From Acidimicrobiia bacterium (lineage in GTDB: Bacteria; Actinomycetota; Acidimicrobiia; Acidimicrobiales; CATQHL01): a stretch of 64,000 bases of DNA. Both the position numbers and the translations under genes were made by a program. The notes under the pieces are model-generated. The model was not told the origin of the DNA and made no database searches. It worked only from the letters and a program-made list of their open reading frames with translations. Shown one piece after another: positions 18,627-28,874 of the stretch. The stretch's first letter is position 1. Each line of letters opens with the position of its first letter. The stretch lies in assembly GCA_021296415.1 (NCBI GenBank), contig JAGWAL010000001.1, positions 16,720 to 80,719 on the forward strand. The letters run 5' to 3'.

Positions 18627-20638
18627 TTGTGGTGCTCCGCCGGGCCCGGCAGGTTCGCGGCGTAGGGCATCTCGGACTCGAGGCTCGGAAGATCCTCGTA
18701 GAAGCGCTCCTCCTCGCTCGCTGCCGGTGCCTCCTGGAACGGCTCGCCGCCCCCTCCGGGCGGCTGCCGGTCGCCCGCGGGCGCCTCCCGCGGCGCACCA
18801 TCCTCGGCGTCTCGAGCGGGGGACCGCAGTCCGCTTCCTGCTTCGCGACCCGTCGCGGGGTCGTCCCCGGCGGCGGCATCCGCGAGGAGTCCGGCCAGCC
18901 GCTCAGCCACAGCCGGCGACCAGTTCTCGGCGCGTAACTCGGCGCAGGCGAGTTGCACGTCCCCCAGGTTCCGGCCCAGACCGGCGTCGCCGGTGGTGCG
19001 CGCCGTCCGGGTGACCTCGTCGATCCAGCGGCCGGCCGCGTCGAAGACGAACCGCGCGATCACCGGTTGGGCATGGCCGGGTGGCTCGCACACGGACAGC
19101 CGCGCCAGCACAGCGGCGGCGTCGCCCGTGGCAACCTCGGTGAGATCGCGCAGCGGCGTGCCACCTGCCAGCAGTGCGAACAACCTGCCGTGCAGCTCGT
19201 GGGCGAAGAGATCCGCCCCGATCCAACCCGGCAACTCGCCGGGCGTGTGCATGCGCAGCAGCAGGATCTGCTCCTCGATGCTCGGTTCGGCCGGCAGCGC
19301 CTCGCGGGGGGCCGTGGCCGCTCGCCGCCGGTCGCCCGGGCGCCCGGCGCGCAGTTCTCCGACGGCGTCGCGCAGGCGGTCCGAGGGCAGACGGCAGCGG
19401 TCGGCCACCTCCATGAGGTACTGATCCCGCACGATGGCGCTGGGATGCTCGTCCACGACGGCGAGCGCCGAGTCCGCGGCACGCACCCTGCCCTCGGCGG
19501 TCCCCATGTTGCCCCTCGCCAGCGCCCGGTCGATCCGGTACGCCAGGAAGGGCCTGGCGCCGGACACGCGGCCGCGCAGATCCTCCGGATCGCCACGCGC
19601 CAGGTCGTCGGGATCCGATCCCGCCGGGAGATCCGCCACGTGGACGTCGAGGTGGTGCGTGCTCTCCCACTGGTAGATCCGCTCGGCTGCACTCGAGCCT
19701 GCCGCGTCGGCGTCGAATGCGAGCACGATGCGATCTGTGAATCGCCGCATCATCTTGACGTGGTCCTCGGTGAGAGAGGTGCCGCACGTGGCGACCGCCT
19801 GCGGGAGGTCGGCGGCGTGGAGCCCGATCACATCGGTGTAACCCTCGCACACGATCACCTCCCCGGCGCGCACGATGGCCTCCTTGGCCCAGTTCAAGCC
19901 GTAGAGCAGGCGGCTCTTGGCATACAGCGGCGACTCGGGGGTGTTCTTGTACTTGGGTCCGGAGGGTCCGTCCGCGCCCGGAAGGATCCGACCGCCGAAG
20001 CCCACCGGGTCACCCCGCACGTCGAAGACCGGGAACAGCACGCGGCCGCGGAAGTTGTCGATGAGGCCGCCCCGGGAGCTGACGACGGCGAGCCCGGCCT
20101 CGGTCAGGTCACTCTCGGTGGTCTTCGAGCGCAGCGCACGGGTCAGGGCATCCCAGCCTGTGGGCGCCCAGCCCACCTTGAAGGCCCGCACCTCGCTGCC
20201 ACCCATGCCCCGGGACCGCAGGTAGCCGCGGGCCGCTCCGGCATCGGGGTGACGCAGGAGGCGTTCGTGATACCACTCCACCGCCGCCGCCACCACTTCG
20301 ATCAGCTTCTTGCGCCGCCCACTCTGCGCCGCCTCCCCCTTGCTGTCATAGCGGAGGGTGATGCCGGCGCGCGCCGCCAGCATTTCCACGCTCGCCGCGA
20401 AGTCGAGGCCCTCGGTCTGGCGCACGAAGGTGATCGCATCGCCCGAGGCACGACACCCGAAGCAGTAGTAGAGACCCTCCTCGGCGTTCACCGAGAACGA
20501 AGGTGTCTTCTCGGTGTGGAACGGGCAGAGCCCCTGCCATCGCCGCCCCGCCTTGCGCAGGGCCACGGTCGCGCTGATGAGCTGCACGATGTCGGTCGCC
20601 TCGCGGACGCGGGCCACGTCGTCAGCGAGGATTCCCAA
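18623..20638 (-). CDS. dnaG: DNA primase
   Basis: CPFH.EKTPSF, CFGC, FGGR, KYKNTPE, EGYTD, FDADAAG, DPD. Confidence 0.96.
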   Translation of the reverse strand: MGILADDVARVREATDIVQLISATVALRKAGRRWQGLCPFHTEKTPSFSVNAEEGLYYCFGCRASGDAITFVRQTEGLDFAASVEMLAARAGITLRYDSKGEAAQSGRRKKLIEVVAAAVEWYHERLLRHPDAGAARGYLRSRGMGGSEVRAFKVGWAPTGWDALTRALRSKTTESDLTEAGLAVVSSRGGLIDNFRGRVLFPVFDVRGDPVGFGGRILPGADGPSGPKYKNTPESPLYAKSRLLYGLNWAKEAIVRAGEVIVCEGYTDVIGLHAADLPQAVATCGTSLTEDHVKMMRRFTDRIVLAFDADAAGSSAAERIYQWESTHHLDVHVADLPAGSDPDDLARGDPEDLRGRVSGARPFLAYRIDRALARGNMGTAEGRVRAADSALAVVDEHPSAIVRDQYLMEVADRCRLPSDRLRDAVGELRAGRPGDRRRAATAPREALPAEPSIEEQILLLRMHTPGELPGWIGADLFAHELHGRLFALLAGGTPLRDLTEVATGDAAAVLARLSVCEPPGHAQPVIARFVFDAAGRWIDEVTRTARTTGDAGLGRNLGDVQLACAELRAENWSPAVAERLAGLLADAAAGDDPATGREAGSGLRSPARDAEDGAPREAPAGDRQPPGGGGEPFQEAPAASEEERFYEDLPSLESEMPYAANLPGPAEHHK

Positions 20639-20887
20639 GCTCAGCCTCCGGGAACATGCAAGCCAGCGGCAATGACGGCCGTTGACGGCGGCAGGTCGGT
20701 CATGTTCGCAAGTTACCAGCCGACATTTTCGCCGGCGCAGGTATGCGGGCGGCGCCACCAGGACACACCACCCGCGAGGGCGCCGACGCCGGGGGCCAGC
20801 GTAGGCGTGCCACTTTCGGAGGCCGCCGGAGCGCCACCGGCGGCTGCGCCCGGACAGGAGCGGCGACGCCGGCGGCCGGCCGGCCGC

Positions 20888-22258
20888 TCAGCGAGCCAGC
20901 CGTTCGTCCAGGTATGCCACCAGGTCGTCGATCGCCAGGCGATCCTGGGACATCGAGTCGCGATCGCGCACCGTGACGGCGCCGTCCTCGAGCGTCTCGA
21001 AGTCGACGGTCACGCAGTACGGAGTACCCAGCTCATCCTGCCGGCGGTAGCGCCGCCCGATGGACTGAGTCACGTCGAAGTCCACCATCCAGTGCGGCGT
21101 GAGCTTGTCGAGGACGTCTCGCGCCCGGCGGATCAGGTGCTCCTTCTTGGAGAGAGGCAGCACTGCCACCTGGTAGGGGGCGAGACGGTGATGCAACCGC
21201 AACACCACGCGCGTCTCACCCCGCACCTCCTCGGTGTCGTATGCCGCCAGGAGGAAGGCCAACAGCGCACGGGTCGCGCCGGCCGCCGGCTCGATCACGT
21301 GCGGCACGTAGCGCTCCCCGGAGGCCTGGTCGAAGTACTCCAGCCGCTCGCCGGAGTGCTCCGCGTGACGACGCAGGTCGTAGTCCGTGCGGTTCGCCAC
21401 GCCCTCCAGCTCTCCCCAGCCCCAGGGGTAGCGGAACTCCACGTCGGAGGTGGCGCTCGAGTAGTGGCTGCGCTCGTCGGGCCCGTGCGGACGCAGTCGC
21501 AGCAGGTCGGAGCCGATACCGAGGCCGGCGTACCAGCGCAGGCGTTCGGCGCACCAGTACTCGTACCACTTCGACGCCTCGGCGGGCGGCACGAAGTACT
21601 CCAACTCCATCTGCTCGAACTCCCGGGTCCGGAAGATGAAGTTCCCCGGCGTGATCTCGTTGCGGAACGACTTGCCGATCTGCGCGATCCCGAACGGGGG
21701 ACGCAGCCGGCAGGCCCGTTGCACGTTGGCAAAGTTGACGAACATGCCCTGGGCCGTCTCGGGGCGCAGGTAGACCTCCGCGCCGCTGTCGACCACCGGC
21801 CCGGCGTGGGTGCGGAACATGAGGTTGAACCGCCGCGGCTCGCTGAGGCTCCCCGCCGAGTCGCACTCCGGGCACCGGTCCGGATCGTCGAGTTGGTCCT
21901 CACGGTGGCGATGCCCGCACTCCCGGCACTCCACCAGCGGGTCGGTGAAGCTCTCGAGATGGCCCGACGCCTCCCAGATCGCGGGCGGCGAGAGGATCGC
22001 GGCGTCGAGCCCGACGACATCGGGACGCATTTGCACCATGGAGCGCCACCAGGCGTCCTTGACGTTGCGCAGCAGCAGCACGCCGACCGGTCCGTAGTCG
22101 TACGTGGAGCGAAACCCGCCGTAGATCTCCGCCGACTGGAAGATGAAGCCGCGCCGCTTGCACAGGTTGATCACGGCGTCGAGCCGTTCGCCGGCCCGTT
22201 CGCCGGCCCTCGTCGATCCCTCGGCGGGCGCCACCTCGTCTAACTCTGCCGGGGCCAC
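20888..22258 (-). CDS. glyQS: glycine--tRNA ligase (alpha2 type)
   Basis: KRRGF, YLRPETAQG, GKSFRNEITP, REFEQME, ELEGVANRTDYDL. Confidence 0.96.
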   Translation of the reverse strand: MAPAELDEVAPAEGSTRAGERAGERLDAVINLCKRRGFIFQSAEIYGGFRSTYDYGPVGVLLLRNVKDAWWRSMVQMRPDVVGLDAAILSPPAIWEASGHLESFTDPLVECRECGHRHREDQLDDPDRCPECDSAGSLSEPRRFNLMFRTHAGPVVDSGAEVYLRPETAQGMFVNFANVQRACRLRPPFGIAQIGKSFRNEITPGNFIFRTREFEQMELEYFVPPAEASKWYEYWCAERLRWYAGLGIGSDLLRLRPHGPDERSHYSSATSDVEFRYPWGWGELEGVANRTDYDLRRHAEHSGERLEYFDQASGERYVPHVIEPAAGATRALLAFLLAAYDTEEVRGETRVVLRLHHRLAPYQVAVLPLSKKEHLIRRARDVLDKLTPHWMVDFDVTQSIGRRYRRQDELGTPYCVTVDFETLEDGAVTVRDRDSMSQDRLAIDDLVAYLDERLAR

Positions 22259-22267
22259 GCCCGCAGG

Positions 22268-23074
22268 CTACCGGTGGGTGTGCCGGGCGCTCCGGGGCGG
22301 AGCGGCGTCGCCCGGCGCACCGACGGTGCCGAGCAGCGGCGGAACCCGGAGACGCCGCTCGAGGTGCTGCTCCAGAACTGTCACTGCCAGTCGCTCCACG
22401 GCTCCGGTTGCGGTGGACGCCGGCCGCTCCAGTGCCGCCCCCAGCCGGCCCCCCAGGACTTCCCGCAGGATCGTCACCGTCTCGTCGTCGACCGCCACCG
22501 TCGCCGTGCCGGGCCGGCAGTCGCGGCAGGTGAGACCGCCGTGGGCCAGGTCGAGGGCCACGAGAGCGTCGCCGCGGCCGCAGTGCACGCACCCGGCGAC
22601 GTTCGGGGCCACGCCTTCGAGCTGTGCCAACCGCCACAGGAAGGCACCGACGCTGAGCGCCGACGGGTGCGTTCGCAGCGAGCCCAGACCTCGCAGCAAC
22701 CGGTCGTAGAGTTCGGGGGTCGGCGTGCGCTCCAGCGCCAGACGCTCGACGGCCTCCAACATGGCCATGGCCCGGCCGAGGAGCTCCAGATCGGCCCGCA
22801 GGGCTGCGAACTGCTCGATGTCGCCGGCGCTGTCGGCGCCGGTGATGGTGTCAAGCTCTCCCCGTCCCCGCCACAGGGCGATGTTGACGTGGCTCGCCGG
22901 CTCGAGGCGGGATCCGAAGCGGCTGCGGGTGCGACGCACCCCCTTCGCCACGCCGCGGATCTTCCCGTGCCCGTGTCCCAAAAGGACGACGATCCGGTCC
23001 GCCTCGCCCAGGCGATACGTCCGCAGCACCACCGCCCGATCACGGTACGGCCCGGTCCAGTCAGGCGCACTCAC
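22268..23074 (-). CDS. recO: DNA repair protein RecO
   Basis: VLRTYRLGEADRI, AKGVRR..SRFG..LEP, CxxC...CxxC. Confidence 0.93.
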   Translation of the reverse strand: MSAPDWTGPYRDRAVVLRTYRLGEADRIVVLLGHGHGKIRGVAKGVRRTRSRFGSRLEPASHVNIALWRGRGELDTITGADSAGDIEQFAALRADLELLGRAMAMLEAVERLALERTPTPELYDRLLRGLGSLRTHPSALSVGAFLWRLAQLEGVAPNVAGCVHCGRGDALVALDLAHGGLTCRDCRPGTATVAVDDETVTILREVLGGRLGAALERPASTATGAVERLAVTVLEQHLERRLRVPPLLGTVGAPGDAAPPRSARHTHR

Positions 23075-23156
23075 GGCCCGCCCCGCTCACTGACTCCCCT
23101 CGCCCCTGACCTCTGCGGCGTGCACGTCGGAGCATCTCGACGACGCTTGCCGGCCC

Positions 23157-23876
23157 TCACTGGTCCAGTCCCCCGAAGCGGCGCTCGCGCCGCTGGTACT
23201 CGACGACGGCCTTTAGCAAGTGCCGTCGGCTGAAGTCGGGCCACAACACATCCAGGAACACCATCTCGCTGTAGGCCGACTGCCACAGCAGGAAGTTGGA
23301 CAGCCGGTACTCGCCCGATGTCCGGATGAGCAGATCAGGGTCGGGAATGTCGGGGCTGAAGAGGTTGGCGCCGACGGTGTCCTCGGTGATCTCCTCGGGC
23401 CGCGTCCCGGCGGCGACGATCCGGCGAACCGCCTCGGTGATCTCCGCCCGGCCACCGTAGTTGAAGGCCACCGTGAGCGTGAGGCGGCGATTGGCGGCCG
23501 TCAACTCGGCTGCGGCATCCATCTCCCGCAGCAGGCTCCGCGCCAGGCGCCGATCCCGCCCACCCACGAAGCGCAGCCGGACGCCGCGCTCGTGCATCTC
23601 GTCACGCCGGGCTCGCAGGGTGGCGCGGTTGAAGTCCAGCAGGAAGCGCACCTCCTCGAGGGGACGGCTCCAGTTCTCCGTCGAGAAGGCGTAGACGGTC
23701 AACCACTGCACGCCGATCTCCAATGCCCCGTCGACCGCGTCGAAAAGGGCGTCGAGGCCCGCCTCGTGTCCTGCGGTGCGCGGCAGGCCGCGCCGCTCCG
23801 CCCAGCGTCCGTTGCCGTCCATGACGCAGGCCACGTGCGCCGGCACGGCGGAGAGATCGATTTCGGGGAGGCTCAT
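23157..23876 (-). CDS. uppS: cis-isoprenyl (undecaprenyl/decaprenyl) diphosphate synthase
   Basis: HVACVMDGNGRWA, FSTENW, NYGGR, IRTSGEYRLSNFLLWQ. Confidence 0.95.
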   Translation of the reverse strand: MSLPEIDLSAVPAHVACVMDGNGRWAERRGLPRTAGHEAGLDALFDAVDGALEIGVQWLTVYAFSTENWSRPLEEVRFLLDFNRATLRARRDEMHERGVRLRFVGGRDRRLARSLLREMDAAAELTAANRRLTLTVAFNYGGRAEITEAVRRIVAAGTRPEEITEDTVGANLFSPDIPDPDLLIRTSGEYRLSNFLLWQSAYSEMVFLDVLWPDFSRRHLLKAVVEYQRRERRFGGLDQ

Positions 23877-23965
23877 GGGATACCTGTGTGGCAACTCGGC
23901 ACGGCGCGGTTCGTCAACGCCATTTGTAGCAGTCTGCGTCCGCGTTCGGTTGCTACTCTCCGCGG

Positions 23966-25927
23966 GTGAGCCTTGCCGAGCGCAGCCTCGCTCTGCTCGA
24001 GATCGCGGTGGAGGCGCTCGCCGGCGCCGGGGAGCACCGCCGGGGCCAGGAGCAGATGACCGAGGCGGTGGCGAACGCCTTCGAGAGCGGGCGGCATCTC
24101 GCCGTCGCCGCCGGCACCGGAACGGGCAAGTCGCTGGCCTACCTCATCCCCGCGGTCCTGAGCGGCAGGACGGTCGTCGTGGCGACCGCCACGAAGGCGC
24201 TGCAGGACCAGCTGGCGACCAAGGAGTTGCCGTTCCTCGCGGCGCAGCGCGCCACGGGGCAGCTGCGCCCTCGAGGCCGGCCCTTCCGGTGGACGATCCT
24301 CAAGGGGCGCTCCAACTACCTCTGCCGCCAGCGCTTCGCCGAGGCCACGCGGACCGGCGTCCAGCTCTCGCTCGACACGGCCGTCACGGCGCCCGGTCCG
24401 TCCGGCGACGCCGAGGCACCGCCCGGCCGCGCCGAGCCGGCGGCGGGCAGCGGATCCGCGCCTCCCACGGGCGAACTCGGGCGACTCGTCGCCTGGGCCG
24501 ATCGCTCCCCCACCGGCGACCGGGCCGACGTGGAGTGGGTGCTGCCGCGGGGGCTCTGGGAGCGCCTCAGCGTCAGCGCCGCGCAATGTCCGGGCCGCAA
24601 CCGCTGCCCGCAGGGCGCCGGCTGCTTCGCCGAGGCGGCTCGGGAACGGGCCGAGCAGGCCGACATCGTCGTCGTCAACACGCACCTGCTGGTGCTCCAC
24701 CTGCTGGGGTTCGGGGTCCTGCCACACCATGACCTGGTGATCATCGACGAGGCGCACCAGTTCGAGGACACGGTCACGTCCATCGCGGGCGTCACGGTCG
24801 GCGAGCGCAAGCTGCGCGACGCCGCGCAGCAGGTCAATGCCGTAACGGCACAGGGGGGAGCGCCCCTGGCCGACTCCGGGCGCCGTCTCGCGGAGCTTCT
24901 CGAGGGCCACCGGGGCAGGCGCCTGCCGGCCGACGGCCCGCCGGAACTCGGCGAGGCGCTGGCGCTGGCGCAGAACCGTCTGGAGACCGCCGTTGCCGGA
25001 CTGCGCGACGCCCAGACCGCGGGCGACGACGCCGAGGCGCAGCGCCTGCGGGCGCTCGGGGAGGTGTCGGCGCTCAGCGCCGAGGTGGCCGTGCTGCTGA
25101 GTCCGCCCGAGGACACCGTGTCATTCGTGGAGGGCGGCCCCGGGGCGCCCGAACTGCGCCTCGCCCCGCTGGAGGTCGGCGGGCTGCTGCGCGAGCCGCT
25201 CTTCGGCGAGCGGACCGTCGTGATGACGTCGGCGACGCTGGGGAGCCTGGTGGCCGGCTCGCTGGGGCTGGAGCACGACGACTACAGCTACCTCGACGTG
25301 GGCAGCCCGTTCGACTACCCGCGGGCCGGCCTGCTCTACTGCGCCGCCCACCTGCCGCCCCGCAACTCCCCCGATTTCACCGCGGCGGCCATCGACGAGC
25401 TCGAAGCGCTCGTCAACGCGGCGCGGGGCCGCACGCTGGCCCTCTTCACCAGCCATCGCATGCTCGACGAGGCCGCCGACGCCCTCCGCCGCCGTCTGCG
25501 CTGGCCGCTGCTGCGCCAAGGCGACCTTCCGCCACTGCAACTGCTCGAGCGCTTCGCCGCCAGCGATGCCACCTGCCTCTTCGCCACCATCGGCTTCTGG
25601 CAGGGCGTGGACGTGCCCGGTCCGGCGCTCACGCTCGTGACCCTGGACCGGCTTCCCTTCCCCCGCCCGGACGATCCCCTGCTCAGCGCCCGGCGGGAGC
25701 ACATCGGCGACGACGCCTTCCGGCTCGTCGATCTCCGGCGAGCATCCATGCTGCTCGCACAGGGAGCGGGTCGCCTCATCCGCACGAGCGCCGACCGCGG
25801 TGTGGTGGCCGTGCTGGATCGCCGTCTCTTGACCGCTCGCTACCGGGCGGAGCTGCTGGAGCAGGTGCCTCCCCTGCGCCGCACCGTCGAGCGGTCGGAG
25901 GTACTGGAGTTTCTCGCCTCGCTCTGA
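23966..25927 (+). CDS. dinG: DinG/YoaA family ATP-dependent helicase
   Basis: AGTGTGKS, KGRSNYLC, Fe-S cysteines, DEAH, TSAT, QGAGRLIR. Confidence 0.92.
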   Translation: MSLAERSLALLEIAVEALAGAGEHRRGQEQMTEAVANAFESGRHLAVAAGTGTGKSLAYLIPAVLSGRTVVVATATKALQDQLATKELPFLAAQRATGQLRPRGRPFRWTILKGRSNYLCRQRFAEATRTGVQLSLDTAVTAPGPSGDAEAPPGRAEPAAGSGSAPPTGELGRLVAWADRSPTGDRADVEWVLPRGLWERLSVSAAQCPGRNRCPQGAGCFAEAARERAEQADIVVVNTHLLVLHLLGFGVLPHHDLVIIDEAHQFEDTVTSIAGVTVGERKLRDAAQQVNAVTAQGGAPLADSGRRLAELLEGHRGRRLPADGPPELGEALALAQNRLETAVAGLRDAQTAGDDAEAQRLRALGEVSALSAEVAVLLSPPEDTVSFVEGGPGAPELRLAPLEVGGLLREPLFGERTVVMTSATLGSLVAGSLGLEHDDYSYLDVGSPFDYPRAGLLYCAAHLPPRNSPDFTAAAIDELEALVNAARGRTLALFTSHRMLDEAADALRRRLRWPLLRQGDLPPLQLLERFAASDATCLFATIGFWQGVDVPGPALTLVTLDRLPFPRPDDPLLSARREHIGDDAFRLVDLRRASMLLAQGAGRLIRTSADRGVVAVLDRRLLTARYRAELLEQVPPLRRTVERSEVLEFLASL

Positions 25928-25959
25928 CGGCCGCCGCTCGGGGTGCGAGCGCGCCGGCC

Positions 25960-26814
25960 TCACTCGCAGTAGCGCTCGACGGCGGCGGGCCGGTCCTGCC
26001 AATTCGGGTCCACCGAGACATGCAACTCCAGGTAGGCACCCGGTGGCAGCTGCCGGCGCACCCGGGTGCCCACCTGCTTGAGGACCTTGCCGCGGTGGCC
26101 GATCACGATGCGTCGCTGTGAGGTCCGCTCGACAAGGATCTCGCAGCGGATGCGCGGCCACTCCCACTGCGTGACGCGCGTGGCGATGGCGTACGGCAAC
26201 TCGTCGCGCACGACCGCCAGGAGCTGCTCGCGCACCAGCTCCGCCACGGCCACGTCGTCGGGGATGGCGCTCACCATCCCTTCGGGGTAGTAGGGCGGTC
26301 CCGGGGGCATGCGCCCCAGGAGGTGATCCACGAACGCCTCGACACCCTCGCCCGTGCGCGCCGAGAGCGGGAAGTACGCCTCCGCCGACACCTGCGACAC
26401 TTTGGCGAGCTGCTCCAGGACCCGCGCCGGGGCCGCCGCGTCGATCTTGTTGACGACGACCACGCCGTCGGCCGGGAGCTTGCCGGCCACGAACCGGTCG
26501 CCGGGACCGAACGGAGCGGTCGCATCGACGATCAGGCAGGCCACGTCCACGTCGCGCAAGGCCTCGGCCGCGGTCGCATTCAGGCGGGCACCCAGCGCCG
26601 TGCGCGGCTTGCCGATGCCCGGCGTGTCCACGAAGACGACCTGGACGCCGTCCCGGTGCAGCACGCCGTGGACGGCGCGCCGGGTGGTCTGCGGCTTGTC
26701 GCTGACGATCGACACCTTCGTCCCGCACAACCAGTTCAGCAGCGTGGACTTGCCCACGTTCGGCCGCCCCACGAGCGTCACGAACCCCGACCGCAGCCCC
26801 CCCTCAGAACTCAC
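25960..26814 (-). CDS. era: GTPase Era
   Basis: GRPNVGKST, KPQTTR, DTPG, NKID, KH domain (IVIGHRG). Confidence 0.96.
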   Translation of the reverse strand: MSSEGGLRSGFVTLVGRPNVGKSTLLNWLCGTKVSIVSDKPQTTRRAVHGVLHRDGVQVVFVDTPGIGKPRTALGARLNATAAEALRDVDVACLIVDATAPFGPGDRFVAGKLPADGVVVVNKIDAAAPARVLEQLAKVSQVSAEAYFPLSARTGEGVEAFVDHLLGRMPPGPPYYPEGMVSAIPDDVAVAELVREQLLAVVRDELPYAIATRVTQWEWPRIRCEILVERTSQRRIVIGHRGKVLKQVGTRVRRQLPPGAYLELHVSVDPNWQDRPAAVERYCE

Positions 26815-26820
26815 GCGACC

Positions 26821-26942
26821 ACCGAGGGAGGGGGCCCGGGGGGCCGCTTCGCGACGCCTTGCGCCCGCGCCGAAGGAGCGAACGGCACCCCGGCCCCCGA
26901 CCGGACACAGCAGACAACCGAGGAAGGGGGCCCGGGGGGGCC
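26821..26942. repeat. two imperfect ~25-bp G-rich direct repeats in an intergenic region
   Basis: ACCGAGGGAGGGGGCCCGGGGGGCC (26821-26845) and ACCGAGGAAGGGGGCCCGGGGGGGCC (26917-26942). Confidence 0.7.
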
Positions 26943-26950
26943 GGCCGGCA

Positions 26951-28201
26951 TCACGGCGGGCCGGCGTCGATGCCCGTGACCAGGACGCGGGCGATGCGCC
27001 GCCGCTGCACGCGCTCCACCAGGAAGCGATGCCCGTTCACGTCGAGACTCTCCCCCTCGGCGGGGACCCGTCCGAGCAGGGTGAAGATCAGTCCTCCGAC
27101 CGTGCTCCAGCGCCCCGAGGGCAACTCGGCATGCAGGACATCGGACAGGTCACTGAGAGGTACCCGGCCGCTCACCCGGAACGCCCCGTCCCCCGCCTCC
27201 TCCACGAGCGGGTACTCCACGTCGAACTCGTCGGTGATCTCCCCCACCATCTCCTCGAGCAGATCCTCCAGGGTCACGAGGCCCGCGGTGCCTCCGAACT
27301 CGTCGATCAGGATCACGAGATGCGAGCGCCCGCCCTGCATCTCCCGCAACAGTTCGGCGGTGCGCTTGGTGTCGGGGACGAAACCGATCTCGCGCATCAT
27401 CTCGCCGACCGTTCTGTCGTCGCCGCCGTCGCGCACCGCAGCGATCAGATCGCGCACGTGCACGAGTCCCACGATGTCGTCGATCCCCTCGCCGTAGACG
27501 GGGATGCGCGTCAGGCCGTTGAACAGCGCCACGTCGAGGGCCTCGGACACGCTGAAGGTTTGCTCGATCGCCACCATGTCGGTCCGCGGCACCATGACCT
27601 CGCGCGCGATCGTGTCGCCGAAGGAGATGACGGACTCGATGAGACGGTGCTCCTGCACCTCGATGCTCTCATCGGCGGCTGCCAGCTCGGCCACCGCCAG
27701 GAGTTCCTCCTCCGAGACCGCCTCCGGTTCGACCCGCTCGCTCTGACCGAACCACCCGGACAGGCGCGGCAGGCCCATCAACAGTCGCAGCGGCGTGAAC
27801 GCCACCACGATCCGCAGGATCGGGGCGACCAGCCGGGCGACGCGCTCGGGCCTGCGCATGGCCAATGACTTGGCGCCGATGCCCGTGGCCAGGTACAGCA
27901 CCACCAACTCGATCGCGAACGCCGCGCCCAGTGCGCCGGACCCCCAGCGGCGCTGCGCCAGGAACGCCACCAGGGTGGCGACGCCCAGGTGGCAGGCCAG
28001 GACCAACCCCAGCACCACCGCAAGCATCGGCCGGCGTCGCTCGAGGAGCCAGCTGAGAGGGCTGGCACCGCTGGGCTCCTCCTCGATCAGGACCCGGGCC
28101 TGGCTCTGGCGCAACCGGGTGAGGCTGGTCTCGGCGGCCGACAGCACCACGGCGCAGAGACTCAGGACCGCCACGGCCACGAGGGCCAGGATCTCCGTCA
28201 T
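26951..28201 (-). CDS. hemolysin-family CNNM/CBS/CorC protein
   Basis: SAAETS, transmembrane helices, EVMVPR, RIPVY, DEFGGTAGLVTLED, GEITDEFD. Confidence 0.92.
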   Translation of the reverse strand: MTEILALVAVAVLSLCAVVLSAAETSLTRLRQSQARVLIEEEPSGASPLSWLLERRRPMLAVVLGLVLACHLGVATLVAFLAQRRWGSGALGAAFAIELVVLYLATGIGAKSLAMRRPERVARLVAPILRIVVAFTPLRLLMGLPRLSGWFGQSERVEPEAVSEEELLAVAELAAADESIEVQEHRLIESVISFGDTIAREVMVPRTDMVAIEQTFSVSEALDVALFNGLTRIPVYGEGIDDIVGLVHVRDLIAAVRDGGDDRTVGEMMREIGFVPDTKRTAELLREMQGGRSHLVILIDEFGGTAGLVTLEDLLEEMVGEITDEFDVEYPLVEEAGDGAFRVSGRVPLSDLSDVLHAELPSGRWSTVGGLIFTLLGRVPAEGESLDVNGHRFLVERVQRRRIARVLVTGIDAGPP

Positions 28202-28259
28202 TGCTCGGCCCGGCCGGGCGAGCGCGGCCGGGCCGGAGGGCGCGACGCCGGTGGCTCGT

Positions 28260-28874
28260 TCACACCCGGTCGTGGAGGGCCAGCAGCGCCCTGGTGCGCC
28301 GATCCATGCGGCGAGACTCGATGCGGCCCGCATGGTCGTGGCCCAGCAGGTGCAGCACGCCGTGCACGACGAGCAGCGCCAACTCGGCCACCAGCGGCCG
28401 TCCCACCTCGCCCGCCTGCCGGGCCGCCACCGAGGGGCACACCACGACGTCGCCGATCAGCAACGGCAACAACCCGCCGTCGTTCCGGCGGCCCGCCCGT
28501 CGCCGCGACCCATCCACGGGGAATGCGAGGACATCGGTCGGATGGGGGCTGTCGAGCCAGGCCCCCGCCAACTCCGCCATGTCGGGCTCGTCGACGAACG
28601 TCAGTCCCATTTCGGCGGGACGCCGGACCCCTTCGGTGTGGGCGGCGACCGCCGCCAGGCGACCCCAGCGGTCGAGATCCAGAACGGTCGGCGTGCCGCA
28701 GTCCGGCGCGGCGCTGGCGCCGGCGCGCTCGTCGCGCACGTCCACGGTCACCGGACCGTGCGTGACCCGCCGGCATCCTCGCGGCGATCCGAGCCGCTCC
28801 CCGGCCTCGGCCCTGCCGGCCGGAGGTCGCCGTTCCCTGTGACTCAGCGGGTCTGCGGACCCGTCGGCGCTCAC
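28260..28874 (-). CDS. ybeY: rRNA maturation endoribonuclease YbeY
   Basis: PTDVLAFP, IGDVVVC, HGVLHLLGHDH; true start may be further downstream. Confidence 0.9.
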   Translation of the reverse strand: MSADGSADPLSHRERRPPAGRAEAGERLGSPRGCRRVTHGPVTVDVRDERAGASAAPDCGTPTVLDLDRWGRLAAVAAHTEGVRRPAEMGLTFVDEPDMAELAGAWLDSPHPTDVLAFPVDGSRRRAGRRNDGGLLPLLIGDVVVCPSVAARQAGEVGRPLVAELALLVVHGVLHLLGHDHAGRIESRRMDRRTRALLALHDRV

